A stretch of 64,000 nucleotides of DNA, from the NCBI GenBank assembly GCA_963674595.2, contig CAXXFV010000029.1:1-64000 (forward strand), in the 5' to 3' direction. Below, in pieces: positions 50,547 through 60,309 of the stretch. The notes under the pieces are model-generated. The model made no database searches. It was not told where the DNA came from and saw only the letters and a program-made list of their open reading frames with translations. Both the position numbers and the translations under genes were made by a program. The DNA is from a bacterium. GTDB lineage: Bacteria; Zhuqueibacterota; Zhuqueibacteria; Residuimicrobiales; Krinioviventaceae. Within the stretch, counting starts at the first letter, position 1. Each line of letters begins with the position of its first letter.

Positions 50547-50840
50547 ATGGATAAAGATATAAAAACATTTGATGAGCTTTTGGATAGCAAATATGGTGAA
50601 CCCGGCACCCAAAAGCGCGACGCATTTGAAGCAAAGGCAAAAGCCTTTATTATCGGAGAAATGGTTAAACAAGCCAGAAAACAGGCCCAATTAACCCAGG
50701 AAGATTTGGCAAAAAAAACAGGGACAAAAAAAAGCTATATCTCCCGGCTTGAAAACGGCAAAATTGATATTCAAATATCCACTCTTTTCAAAATATTTGA
50801 AGACGGTCTCGGTAAAAAATTAAAATTGACCTTTTCATAA
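50547..50840 (+). CDS. HigA-like XRE antitoxin (copy B)
   Basis: Differs from copy A by three residues. Confidence 0.88.
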   Translation: MDKDIKTFDELLDSKYGEPGTQKRDAFEAKAKAFIIGEMVKQARKQAQLTQEDLAKKTGTKKSYISRLENGKIDIQISTLFKIFEDGLGKKLKLTFS

Positions 50841-50963
50841 CCATAGCGTGCGGCGTCACCCTGAGCGGCCTTTCGGCTCTGCTCAAGGACCGAGTCGAAG
50901 GGTGTCCTAGCAAGCAGCACATTCTCCCCCACACATTTATTTTCAACATTTCTTAAAAATCCC

Positions 50964-51180
50964 TTGCCTTGATTTTAATTAATGTGTATAATTATTTATC
51001 AGAAAGGCGTGTTTTCAGAACAATATGGTCGGACATGGGAGTTCTGAAAACCTTGACTGATTTACCACTATTTTTTTAAATACGGGTTTTAACAGCACAC
51101 GAGGAAGAGATTGCGCTATAGCTATAATCATATTCCTGTTGGTTCACGGTTTCAATTATTTTGGGGTTGGGTGGGGTGTG
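50964..51180 (+). ncRNA. Promoter + structured RNA element, copy 9 (full length)
   Basis: TTGCCT-17-TATAAT, ATCAG at 50998, both hairpins and TTTTGGGGTTGGGTGGGG tail. Confidence 0.75.
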
Positions 51181-51385
51181 TCTGTGATGGATTGGAAAGT
51201 TATTTATTATAAAGTCAACTACCGAGGAATACTCGGTAGTTCAAAAAGAAGGTGCCAGAAATATTAAACTCGATCGTTCAGAGGTCCCAACCTCTGGATG
51301 CAGGAAATTAAAGACTTTGCCTTTATGTTAACCAGTCCAAGGGTTTACATTCATAGACGATTAAAATTAATATTAGTAGGAAGAC

Positions 51386-52261
51386 ATGACTTACAAAGTA
51401 AACTCAGTGTTTGAAACAACATCGAAAGGAATTGCCTCGATCATCTCTGGCGGAGAGTCCGAAAGAGTCGAATTCGAACGAATGCTACCACCTGAGGCTG
51501 TCATTGCACGAGCCTTGACCGCTTTTGCCAATACTTCAGGCGGCATTCTTCTCGTCGGTGTTGATGACGACGGGGCTATCATCGGTTTAACAGATGGTGA
51601 GGTCGCCGAAGCAATCGCTAGATTACAGGCTGTCAGCTACTCACTCCTAGGACGGAACTGCAATGTTGGGACAGTTGAAGTGGATGGAAAATCAGTAGTT
51701 TACGTAAGCACAACGAAAATACCAGAGTATCTCGCACCCGTTGTAACTTCGGAGGGGCGAGCATACCGGAGGAAGGGATTTACGAACATAGGCATTGATC
51801 TTGGGACAACCAACTCATCCGTGATTTATTCACCATCGGTTGGTCCCCGAAAAATTTCTATATTCGTCGCTATGTCTTTTCGTATAGAAGAAGAGCCAGC
51901 CCTAGTAGACTATTTCCGTGCAATGCAACGGGCAATTGAGTATTTGAATGTAGCCATTGAGCTGAGACGTGTTGATCTTGCGGAGGGAGACTTTGAAATC
52001 TCTCAAAAAATCATGGATGAGATTGACATGGCAGATGTAGTTATCGCAGATCTAACACTAAATTCCCGAAATGTTTACTTTGAGCTTGGTTATGCACGTG
52101 GAAGAAAACGCCGTATTGTGCAGACCGCTAGAAAGGGAACTGTGCTCGAGTTTGATATTCGTAATTGGCGTACGATCTTTTATCGAAATGCAACAGAGTT
52201 GGAGGAGAAGCTCGTAGAAGAATTCAAGAATTTGTGGGATGAGTTGAAAGATACAGTTTAA
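51386..52261 (+). CDS. AlbA_2 (Schlafen-like) domain fused to a nucleoside 2-deoxyribosyltransferase-like domain
   Basis: GESERVEFE, AFANTSGGILLVGVDDDG; IFVAMSF, ADVVIADLT..SRNVYFELGYA, FDIR. Confidence 0.8.
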   Translation: MTYKVNSVFETTSKGIASIISGGESERVEFERMLPPEAVIARALTAFANTSGGILLVGVDDDGAIIGLTDGEVAEAIARLQAVSYSLLGRNCNVGTVEVDGKSVVYVSTTKIPEYLAPVVTSEGRAYRRKGFTNIGIDLGTTNSSVIYSPSVGPRKISIFVAMSFRIEEEPALVDYFRAMQRAIEYLNVAIELRRVDLAEGDFEISQKIMDEIDMADVVIADLTLNSRNVYFELGYARGRKRRIVQTARKGTVLEFDIRNWRTIFYRNATELEEKLVEEFKNLWDELKDTV

Positions 52262-52548
52262 CCATCCTTTCGTGTGGTCCGAGCCAGCGTAGGATCAGTC
52301 AGAGCGCAATTCTTCGACACCATTTTATGCTCAACAGGGCAAATGCCCTGTTATATTTAACGCCCTAGAGAAGATTTTCAGGTCAAGCAAGGTCAATAAT
52401 TAGTTGATTGTAACTCTACTGAGTTGTTCTATAGTCAATATTGGAAATATCCTAATCTTTTAACGTTTGCTAAAAGGAAATACAAAGTGAGTAAAGAATT
52501 TACAAAAGTTGAAATATTATTTGCATAAGTTGTAATTTGTGACTATAT

Positions 52549-52563
52549 TTGACATATTGTCAA
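52549..52563. promoter_or_regulatory. Palindromic operator candidate for the HTH-fused methyltransferase
   Basis: TTGACA-TAT-TGTCAA, 19 bp upstream of the ATG. Confidence 0.65.
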
Positions 52564-52582
52564 TTTTATTCCCAGAGGATAC

Positions 52583-53842
52583 ATGAATTACAAAAAAATA
52601 ATAGAATTTTCAGCCCTCCGCGAACAGGCAGGTTTATCAATAGATCAAGTTGCAAACCTTACAGGTACAACATCCAGGACAATCTATCGATGGGAAAATG
52701 GTGAAACAAAACCCAATAAACTCGCTATAAATATTCTTCGAGATATTGTCAAAGAATATAGAACAGTAAAAAAAGAAAGTAATAATTTTACTTTTATCGA
52801 TTTGTTTGCAGGTATAGGTGGAATGCGTATTGCTTTTGAATCGATTGGTGGTGAGTGTGTTTACACAAGTGAATGGGATAAACATGCTGTAAAAACATAT
52901 CTTGCAAATTTTCCAGAGACACACAAAATTGATGGCGATATTATAAGAGTAAATCTCGATGATATTCCGAAACACAATGTATTAGTTGCTGGATTTCCAT
53001 GTCAACCTTTTTCAATTGCAGGAGTTTCTAAAAAAAATTCATTAGGTAAGCCACATGGATTTCGAGATAAAACTCAAGGAACTTTATTCTTTAAAATTGC
53101 AGAAATTCTCGAACGACATGAACCTGACGCTTTTCTGTTAGAAAATGTAAAAAATCTAAAAAGCCATGATCGAGGTCGGACCTTTAATATAATTTGTGAA
53201 ACATTGGACGAACTCGGCTACACTTTTGATACAAAAATAATCGATGCAAAATCCTTTGTTCCACAACACCGCGAAAGGGTTTTTATTGTTGGTTTTAAAA
53301 AAGATATGGGATTCAATTTTCAAACACTCAAAATTAATAAGCCAGAAACCGGCCCTAAACTTCGATCTATTCTGCATCCGGAAGATGGCACAGAGTCACC
53401 AACACCATATACAGAAGAAACAACAGGAAAAGTGAAACCCAAATTTACACTATCAGAAAATTTATGGAACTATTTACAAAGTTACGCAGAAAAGCACCGA
53501 GCTAAAGGTAATGGTTTTGGATTCGGTTTAGTTGGACCGAGCGACACAGCCCGGACACTTTCAGCCAGATATTACAAGGACGGTTCTGAAATTTTAATAA
53601 GACAACGAAAGGAAAGGCCAAGAAGATTAACCCCGCGAGAATGCTCTAGACTTATGGGCTTTGATAATTTCTATAGAGAATTCAAAATACCTGTTTCCGA
53701 TACACAAGCATATAAACAGTTTGGAAATTCTGTCGTTGTTCCAGTCGTTGAAGCTGTCGCTTCACATATGCTTCCTTATATTTTAGGTAAAAAATCAGGA
53801 ATTTCTGCAAAACAGCTTAAGCTTGATTATGCCGAATATTAG
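52583..53842 (+). CDS. dcm: C5-cytosine DNA methyltransferase (Dcm/M.EcoRII-like) with N-terminal XRE HTH
   Basis: FIDLFAGIGG, AGFPCQPFS, ENVKNL, PQHRER, RTLSARYYKDGSEILI, YKQFGNSV. Confidence 0.92.
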   Translation: MNYKKIIEFSALREQAGLSIDQVANLTGTTSRTIYRWENGETKPNKLAINILRDIVKEYRTVKKESNNFTFIDLFAGIGGMRIAFESIGGECVYTSEWDKHAVKTYLANFPETHKIDGDIIRVNLDDIPKHNVLVAGFPCQPFSIAGVSKKNSLGKPHGFRDKTQGTLFFKIAEILERHEPDAFLLENVKNLKSHDRGRTFNIICETLDELGYTFDTKIIDAKSFVPQHRERVFIVGFKKDMGFNFQTLKINKPETGPKLRSILHPEDGTESPTPYTEETTGKVKPKFTLSENLWNYLQSYAEKHRAKGNGFGFGLVGPSDTARTLSARYYKDGSEILIRQRKERPRRLTPRECSRLMGFDNFYREFKIPVSDTQAYKQFGNSVVVPVVEAVASHMLPYILGKKSGISAKQLKLDYAEY

Positions 53843-53855
53843 GATTTTATAAGTA

Positions 53856-54323
53856 ATGGTAGATGTTGTAAGCCCTCAAAAACGTAGCCAAATGATGTCG
53901 GGTATTCGCGGAAAGGATACAAAACCTGAACTTCAAATAAGAAAAGCCCTGCATGCACGAGGTTTTAGATATCGATTACATAATAAAAATCTCCCAGGGA
54001 AACCGGATTTAACTTTACCAAAATATAATGCTGTTATTTTTGTTCATGGTTGTTTTTGGCATTTACATGATTGTCATTTATTTAAATGGCCATCAACACG
54101 ACCAGAGTTTTGGCAAAAAAAAATAACAGGTAATAAAATTAAAGATAAAGAAAGTATCACCAAATTAAAAAAATCAAATTGGAGAATTTTGATAGTTTGG
54201 GAATGCGCTTTAAAAGGTAAAGAAAAACTTGATTTTCAATACATAATTGATACAATTGATAAGTGGCTCAATTCTTCCCAAAATTTTTTTGAAATAAAAG
54301 GTGAAAGCAAAACAAATGATTAA
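53856..54323 (+). CDS. vsr: Very short patch repair endonuclease
   Basis: RSQMMSGIRGKDTKPE, LPGKPD, FVHGCFWH, VWEC. Confidence 0.93.
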   Translation: MVDVVSPQKRSQMMSGIRGKDTKPELQIRKALHARGFRYRLHNKNLPGKPDLTLPKYNAVIFVHGCFWHLHDCHLFKWPSTRPEFWQKKITGNKIKDKESITKLKKSNWRILIVWECALKGKEKLDFQYIIDTIDKWLNSSQNFFEIKGESKTND

Positions 54324-55521
54324 AGGATTTCTTTCAAATTATTTCAAAGGTATAGCAGCCAAATATTTAAGCTCGGTTGAAACTCATCCAGAAAATTCAA
54401 ATCAACATGAATTCAATGGAATTGCCGCCTTAAAAACAATACTTGGTGAGTCAAAATATACTTTTAGCTCAAGAATTCTCTATTTGGGTTCAGACGAAAA
54501 CGATATTATTTCAACTGAATGCAAGCTTACATGGTATGACGCAAGAGAAAGCCACCCGTCTCGCTCGGAATACCGCCTATATTTCCAGACTAATCCAGTA
54601 CTTGAACAAGCTGATATTGGAGATTTACTCATCATTGGTCTTACAAGCGATGATACATTATTTATAGTGATTGCGAAAGCAAATACAACTTATGAATCAC
54701 AACTTCGTTGGCTATTCGCTCTTGATGAAATAGGTGAGCGTTTCAATGTTCGAAAAATCGAGGATAAAAACGACTTTCAGTTAAATTTCTCGATCAGATA
54801 CATATTTGATGAACTAGGAATCGAGATTAAAGAAAAAGCTGATGATTTTCTTGATTTGTTAATACAACGTTTTGAGGATAATTTCCCGACAACACATGAT
54901 TTTTCAGATTTTGCACGACAAACATCAGATCCAATCACAATTTTTGATGATCCAGATACTACAATTGTTAACTGGATAGATCACGAAGAAATGTTGTTTC
55001 GAACGTTTGAAAAACATCTCGTGTCACAAAAATTGGATGAAGGTTTTAACGATGTTGATGAATTTATAAGCTATTCTCTCAGTATACAAAATCGTCGAAA
55101 ATCCAGAGCAGGCTTTGCTCTAGAAAATCATCTAGAATATCTTTTTCTTCAAATGAATGTTGATTATTCAAGAGGGAAAATGACCGAAAACAGGTCAAAA
55201 CCTGATTTCATCTTTCCCGGTATTAGTCAATACCAAGACAATAACTTTCCAAATAACAACCTTACGATGCTTGGTGTAAAATCAACGTGTAAAGATAGAT
55301 GGCGACAAGTATTATCTGAAGCCTCTAAAATAAAAAAGAAACATTTATTTACACTGGAACCTTCGATATCATGTAATCAAACTGACGAAATGATTGCGAA
55401 TAATTTACAACTTGTTCTTCCAGAAAGTTTGCATAATTCCTATCAAAGGAGCCAGCGTATCTGGCTTATTAATTTAGCAGAATTTATAAACATTGTCAAA
55501 ATTCGTCAAAAAAACTCGTAG
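54301..55521 (+). CDS. Type II restriction endonuclease, EcoRII-C-terminal-domain family
   Basis: NRRKSRAGFALENHL, KPDFIFP, KSTCKDRWRQVL. Confidence 0.88.
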   Translation: MKAKQMIKGFLSNYFKGIAAKYLSSVETHPENSNQHEFNGIAALKTILGESKYTFSSRILYLGSDENDIISTECKLTWYDARESHPSRSEYRLYFQTNPVLEQADIGDLLIIGLTSDDTLFIVIAKANTTYESQLRWLFALDEIGERFNVRKIEDKNDFQLNFSIRYIFDELGIEIKEKADDFLDLLIQRFEDNFPTTHDFSDFARQTSDPITIFDDPDTTIVNWIDHEEMLFRTFEKHLVSQKLDEGFNDVDEFISYSLSIQNRRKSRAGFALENHLEYLFLQMNVDYSRGKMTENRSKPDFIFPGISQYQDNNFPNNNLTMLGVKSTCKDRWRQVLSEASKIKKKHLFTLEPSISCNQTDEMIANNLQLVLPESLHNSYQRSQRIWLINLAEFINIVKIRQKNS

Positions 55522-55705
55522 CCCCACTCAACATCCAACAAACAAACAAAATAGAAAAAACCATTATTTAAAATTTGCAGTTAAACAAAAATTCGCTCAA
55601 TATCTGTTGGGCCCACAAAGCGAGCCCACCCCACCCGATTAAATCCTCCCCCCCTCCCCAAAAACCCCTTTATTAACCATCTAAAATTCCGTATATTATA
55701 AAACC

Positions 55706-56905
55706 ATGAACAGCTATCAACAACTTTTTAATACAACGAATCCGCACATTCGGGACGGCCAGATCGGGCTGCTGTGTAATCAAACGGCTTTTGACGCAGG
55801 AAGCGGCACGTATCTGTTTCAGCTATTGGCTGAAAAGTTTAACCTGAAACGGTTGTTTTTCCCGGAGCACGGTTTGTTTGCCGAGCTGCAGGACCAGGTG
55901 CCGCTGGACTCGTCCGAAGCCTATCGTTTTTTAAACATGGACTGCGAGTTCCGCTCTCTGTACGGCAGCACGGACAAAACCCTGCGGGTGGACGCGGCAG
56001 ACCTGTCCGATTTGGATGCGCTGATTGTGGATATTCAGGACGTTGGCAGCCGCTATTACACCTTTGCCACCACGCTCAGTTATCTGCTGGAAAAAATTGC
56101 CGCGCACAAACCGGGCCTGCTTGTGTATATCATCGACCACCCCAATCCGGCCGGGCGCAAGGTGGAAGGCACGCCCCTGGACCCTGTGTACGAGTCCTTT
56201 GTCGGGCGGCCGGGTCTGGTGCACCGGCATGGTCTCACCATTGGTGAGCTGGCGCTTTTTTATCAGCACCAGATCGGCGCACACCTGAATTTAGAGATTG
56301 CCAGATACACCACAACCGGCGCGTCTGGCCTCACCACCTGGGACGTCCCTCCTTCTCCCAACATGCCGGGGCCATACACGCCCCTGGTTTATACGGGTCA
56401 ATGTTTGCTGGAGGGCACGAACCTGAGTGAAGGACGGGGCACCACGCGTCCTTTTGAAATTTTCGGCGCGCCTTTTCTAACGAACACGTTCAAGGTGAAC
56501 GCCTGGCCCCATGAACCGGGCGCGGTGCTGAGGCCGTTAAAATTTATCCCCACGTTTCACAAACACGCGCAGCAGGTGTGCAGCGGATTTCAGGTCCATC
56601 TCACAGGTCCATCCTACAACTCGCTGGCCCATTCGCTCAAGTTTTTGCGATATGTGAAGGACCATTTTTCAGCCTTTGAATGGCGCACGGAAGAGTATGA
56701 ATTTATATCCGACAAACCGGCCATAGAAATCCTTGCCGGTGACGAGGCGCTGATCAGCTATCTGTACGGGGAGGAAAAATATTCAGCGGTCCGCGAAAAA
56801 ATGACACAGGAGGAACAAAAATGGATGGACACGGCGTCGCAGTTTTTGCTGTATCCGCAGCCGCTTTTTCGGGCGGACCTAAAGCCGGAGTTTGATTACG
56901 CCTGA
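55706..56905 (+). CDS. DUF1343 / NamZ exo-beta-N-acetylmuramidase family protein
   Basis: PEHG, DIQDVGSRYYTF, RHGLTIGELA, PPSPNMP, EGTNLSEGRGTTRPFE. Confidence 0.88.
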   Translation: MNSYQQLFNTTNPHIRDGQIGLLCNQTAFDAGSGTYLFQLLAEKFNLKRLFFPEHGLFAELQDQVPLDSSEAYRFLNMDCEFRSLYGSTDKTLRVDAADLSDLDALIVDIQDVGSRYYTFATTLSYLLEKIAAHKPGLLVYIIDHPNPAGRKVEGTPLDPVYESFVGRPGLVHRHGLTIGELALFYQHQIGAHLNLEIARYTTTGASGLTTWDVPPSPNMPGPYTPLVYTGQCLLEGTNLSEGRGTTRPFEIFGAPFLTNTFKVNAWPHEPGAVLRPLKFIPTFHKHAQQVCSGFQVHLTGPSYNSLAHSLKFLRYVKDHFSAFEWRTEEYEFISDKPAIEILAGDEALISYLYGEEKYSAVREKMTQEEQKWMDTASQFLLYPQPLFRADLKPEFDYA

Positions 56906-56948
56906 ATCAAGTGACGGGTTATCAGCATATTAGCGCTTAATAAAAATT

Positions 56949-57668
56949 ATGATTAATAGACAGACAATTACATATTCAACATTAGTTGTTTACTTTTTCT
57001 CAATAATGATATTGATAATGGTTGTATTTTTTAAATTATTTTTATCCATTATTTTTGGGCCGTTTATTGATATGTTGGCAATGATTGGGGCCTTTATATT
57101 ATCATTATTATCCTCTCTACTATTGATTTTTTTAATAAAGAAAAGTGTAATATACAAAGTCATTCCGATTCTTATTCTAATTACGCTTTGTTTAATATTC
57201 TTTTCTCCTTTACGATTTGATTTTTCCAGAAAACTTTATTATCAAATAAATAAAGGTCGGTTACATAAAATTGAAGCAATCCTAAGTGAGAATCCAGAAA
57301 TTGAAGAAATGTCTGATTTACAAAGGCATCATAAAAATATAAATGAGAAATCTTTTTCTGATAAAGATATAGTCAAAAATAAAAAGCAAATTCAAGCAAA
57401 GTTTGGTGATTATTTAAAAGAAACACATATTGATATCGATATCATAGTTCAGTTACGTAATTTAATGGATAGGTCTGAAATTATAGAGATTAGAAATTAT
57501 GATAAATATTTATTGTGCACGATTGATGGATTTATTGATAATGAATTTGGAGTTCTTAAACTTAAGGATGGTACTCTAAAAGAAGGAGATTCTATTGAAC
57601 CATGGGGATTTAGAATTGTTACCCTTGAAGAAATAGGAGATGGCTGGTATTATTGGGCAGCAACGTAA
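56949..57668 (+). CDS. Hypothetical membrane protein
   Basis: Three N-terminal TMs, C-terminal IGDGWYY. Confidence 0.7.
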   Translation: MINRQTITYSTLVVYFFSIMILIMVVFFKLFLSIIFGPFIDMLAMIGAFILSLLSSLLLIFLIKKSVIYKVIPILILITLCLIFFSPLRFDFSRKLYYQINKGRLHKIEAILSENPEIEEMSDLQRHHKNINEKSFSDKDIVKNKKQIQAKFGDYLKETHIDIDIIVQLRNLMDRSEIIEIRNYDKYLLCTIDGFIDNEFGVLKLKDGTLKEGDSIEPWGFRIVTLEEIGDGWYYWAAT

Positions 57669-57980
57669 CTGAGAAATAATTTCGTTAGGTGCATTTTTCG
57701 GTTCGTGCGTCAACAACCAAATCTGCTCATTACCTTGCGTCTGTTGCACTAACAAATGCATTCACTTGAAAAAAGGGTAAATTTTAAAATCCAGAAAAAT
57801 TGTGCGGCGGGTCAAAACTTAATTATTTCAAAACGGATGAAGCGAAGCCAGCCATTTTTCAAGTGATGCTCGTCGTTAACACGTTTTCACTTGCATTTTA
57901 GGTCACTTTTAATTATTGTTAACCTGACAAGATTTTAAAATTTCCCAATAGAACAACTCATCAACCATTAGAGGAGTCAC

Positions 57981-58523
57981 ATGAAAAAACTAACATTATT
58001 TTTAACCGCAGCGCTTTTTATAACTCTGCTGCAATCCTGTACCAATACCGATAAAAAGCTCTATGGGACCTGGAAACTGGACACAAAACAATCGACCGAT
58101 CTTGTTACCTGGAGATACCGACAGCTTGAAGTGAATATTGAAAAAAACGAACAGGGTGTGGTAAGCATCGTTAACAACTGGATGGAGCGCGGCAAAGTTG
58201 CCAATATCGATTCCATGGCGTTTGTTCCGGGACAGGGCGTTACTGAAATTCCTGTCACGTCACAAATCTGGCCGGAAAACTGGTACATGGGTGTTTTGGC
58301 AAAACTGGGCACCATGAAAAAAGCAAGCGGCGAATGGCAGGAACCGGACCGCAAGCTTGCAGTAACACGGGAACTGACCGTGGAAATATCACAGGGCGAT
58401 ACCGTATTTGAAACCACTTTTGAATATTCTTTGGACCGGCGCGGCGATACCATGACCATTATTGAAAAAAGATCAACACGCCCAACGCCCATAACTCTAG
58501 TTTTAACCAGAGTTGTCGAATAA
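57981..58523 (+). CDS. Lipoprotein, hypothetical
   Basis: GAGGAG RBS, LQSC lipobox, YGTWKLD lipocalin-like start. Confidence 0.75.
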   Translation: MKKLTLFLTAALFITLLQSCTNTDKKLYGTWKLDTKQSTDLVTWRYRQLEVNIEKNEQGVVSIVNNWMERGKVANIDSMAFVPGQGVTEIPVTSQIWPENWYMGVLAKLGTMKKASGEWQEPDRKLAVTRELTVEISQGDTVFETTFEYSLDRRGDTMTIIEKRSTRPTPITLVLTRVVE

Positions 58524-58561
58524 CATTTAACAAAAGACCTGAAATTGTGAAAGGAAATAAT

Positions 58562-60169
58562 ATGATTAAATATAAATGGCTTGCCCTGTTATTGGCGCTC
58601 ATTTTTGTTGTTCCGGTATTCAGTCAGACAGCCGATGAAATGTATGTAATGACCCTGGATAACAACTGGGAAATTGACGGCGATCTGCCGACCAAAGCGA
58701 TGCTGATCAGTCTTCAGGGTGTGGCGAATCTGGATGCCCCGCGGCTCTACTTTTTGTATCCGCAAAAATGGGATTTTAAATTTTCCGAACCGCTGATGAA
58801 CTATTATAATACCTCACGCAATATGGAGTTTACCCCGCTGACCACGCCCGAAGAGGCCCTGGAAAAACTGAGCCGTTTTGTAAAAGGCTATGTTGTTTGG
58901 GACAAATCAGAGCGCACGTCGCTGATTGTTGCCTTTACCGCCGCCGGTCAATACGAGTCCATTATTGTTTCGGAAGAACTGATTCCATTGGCTGAAAAAT
59001 ACGGTCTGAAAATGAAAGCCGATTTTCGCGGTCAATTTACGGGTCAGAGTGATTATGAAATTTATACCTGGGCCTATAAAGAATATTGGAAAAACTGCAG
59101 CCGCGATTACCTGGTTTATATGGGCGGCGAGCACGGCAAAATTATGAAACCGGGTATTGCTGATTTTGGTATCCACAAAAAAGCGTTTTTCACCGACGCT
59201 TCCACCAATCCTGCTGACACGCTGGAATATCATTTTGCCAAACGCTTGTTCCGTGAAATGAAACCCATGAGCCTGGTTATGGGATGGCATTCCTATAAAA
59301 AAGACAAAGAAGCCCAGCACGCGCGTTTGGCTTCCAACTATGCATTGCGTATAGAAGGTTTGCACACGCTGCCGAATATGAGTTTTAACCATCAGATTGG
59401 GTTAACGCCCGGATACAAGTTTAAAAACAATCACAGTGTTGAACCCGGCAAAGAATATGTTCCGGAAAACAAAGTGTACCTGGCCTGCATTCAAACAGAC
59501 TGTCTCGGACTTGGCGCCTGGACCGAACCCGGCCGCGGTGATATTCCATACGCATGGGAAGTGACCATGAACTGGTCATGGCTGGCCCCGGCCATGCTGC
59601 AGTTTTTTTATGACGAATCGACCCCCAACGACTATTTTATCGGTTCGCTTTCGGGTCCCGGATATATGTACCCCAAGGCCATTCCTATGGAGTATTTGCC
59701 GGAAACCGTGGAAAAAGCTTACGAGTTGATGCAAACCCTGGACCTCAATTCTTTTGAACTGATGGAGCACACCAATTATTGGGAAACCGACGGTTTGGAT
59801 GACGATATTACCGAAGAGGTTATGGACGAATATTATAAAGGCATGCCCGACGCAATCGGATTTGCCAACGGTTACCGTCCGGCCCATACCTTTGCCGTTA
59901 AAAACGGTGTTCCTTTTATCTCTTTTGATTATTATTTGTCTGAAAAACGTGACGAAGACGAAGCCGCCGCCGATATTATTGAGCTGGCTAATTTGAACAG
60001 CAACAGGCCCTATTTCTGTCTGCTGCACGTTCGTGAATTCGGTCATATTGAACGCGTAAAACGGATTCTCGGCAAACTCGGTCCGGACTTTGAGCTGGTG
60101 CCGCTGGATGTCTTTTTCAAAATGGCCGGTAACAATCCGACCTACACAACGCGATACGCTGAACAATAG
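58562..60169 (+). CDS. GxGYxYP-domain putative glycoside hydrolase
   Basis: Signal peptide, SLQGVAN, SGPGYMYP motif. Confidence 0.82.
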   Translation: MIKYKWLALLLALIFVVPVFSQTADEMYVMTLDNNWEIDGDLPTKAMLISLQGVANLDAPRLYFLYPQKWDFKFSEPLMNYYNTSRNMEFTPLTTPEEALEKLSRFVKGYVVWDKSERTSLIVAFTAAGQYESIIVSEELIPLAEKYGLKMKADFRGQFTGQSDYEIYTWAYKEYWKNCSRDYLVYMGGEHGKIMKPGIADFGIHKKAFFTDASTNPADTLEYHFAKRLFREMKPMSLVMGWHSYKKDKEAQHARLASNYALRIEGLHTLPNMSFNHQIGLTPGYKFKNNHSVEPGKEYVPENKVYLACIQTDCLGLGAWTEPGRGDIPYAWEVTMNWSWLAPAMLQFFYDESTPNDYFIGSLSGPGYMYPKAIPMEYLPETVEKAYELMQTLDLNSFELMEHTNYWETDGLDDDITEEVMDEYYKGMPDAIGFANGYRPAHTFAVKNGVPFISFDYYLSEKRDEDEAAADIIELANLNSNRPYFCLLHVREFGHIERVKRILGKLGPDFELVPLDVFFKMAGNNPTYTTRYAEQ

Positions 60170-60177
60170 ATAATTTT

Positions 60178-60206
60178 AAGCCCTGATCTTTCAGGGCTTT
60201 TTTTTT
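60178..60206 (+). terminator. Intrinsic terminator
   Basis: AAGCCCTGA-TCTT-TCAGGGC followed by a T9 run just after the stop codon. Confidence 0.85.
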
Positions 60207-60309
60207 GGAGGGGTACCTGCTTTGGAATAATGCTGTTTTTTCTACAACTGATTCAATATATCTCTCACAAAGGCACAAAGGTCACAGAGAAATAAAAAAC
60301 ATCAATCCA

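Noticed and set aside
52256-52320. attC after the AlbA_2-NDT gene (GTTTAAC at the stop codon)
   Set aside because: An R''-like box is present, but I could not find a matching right arm or R' box; at most a remnant.
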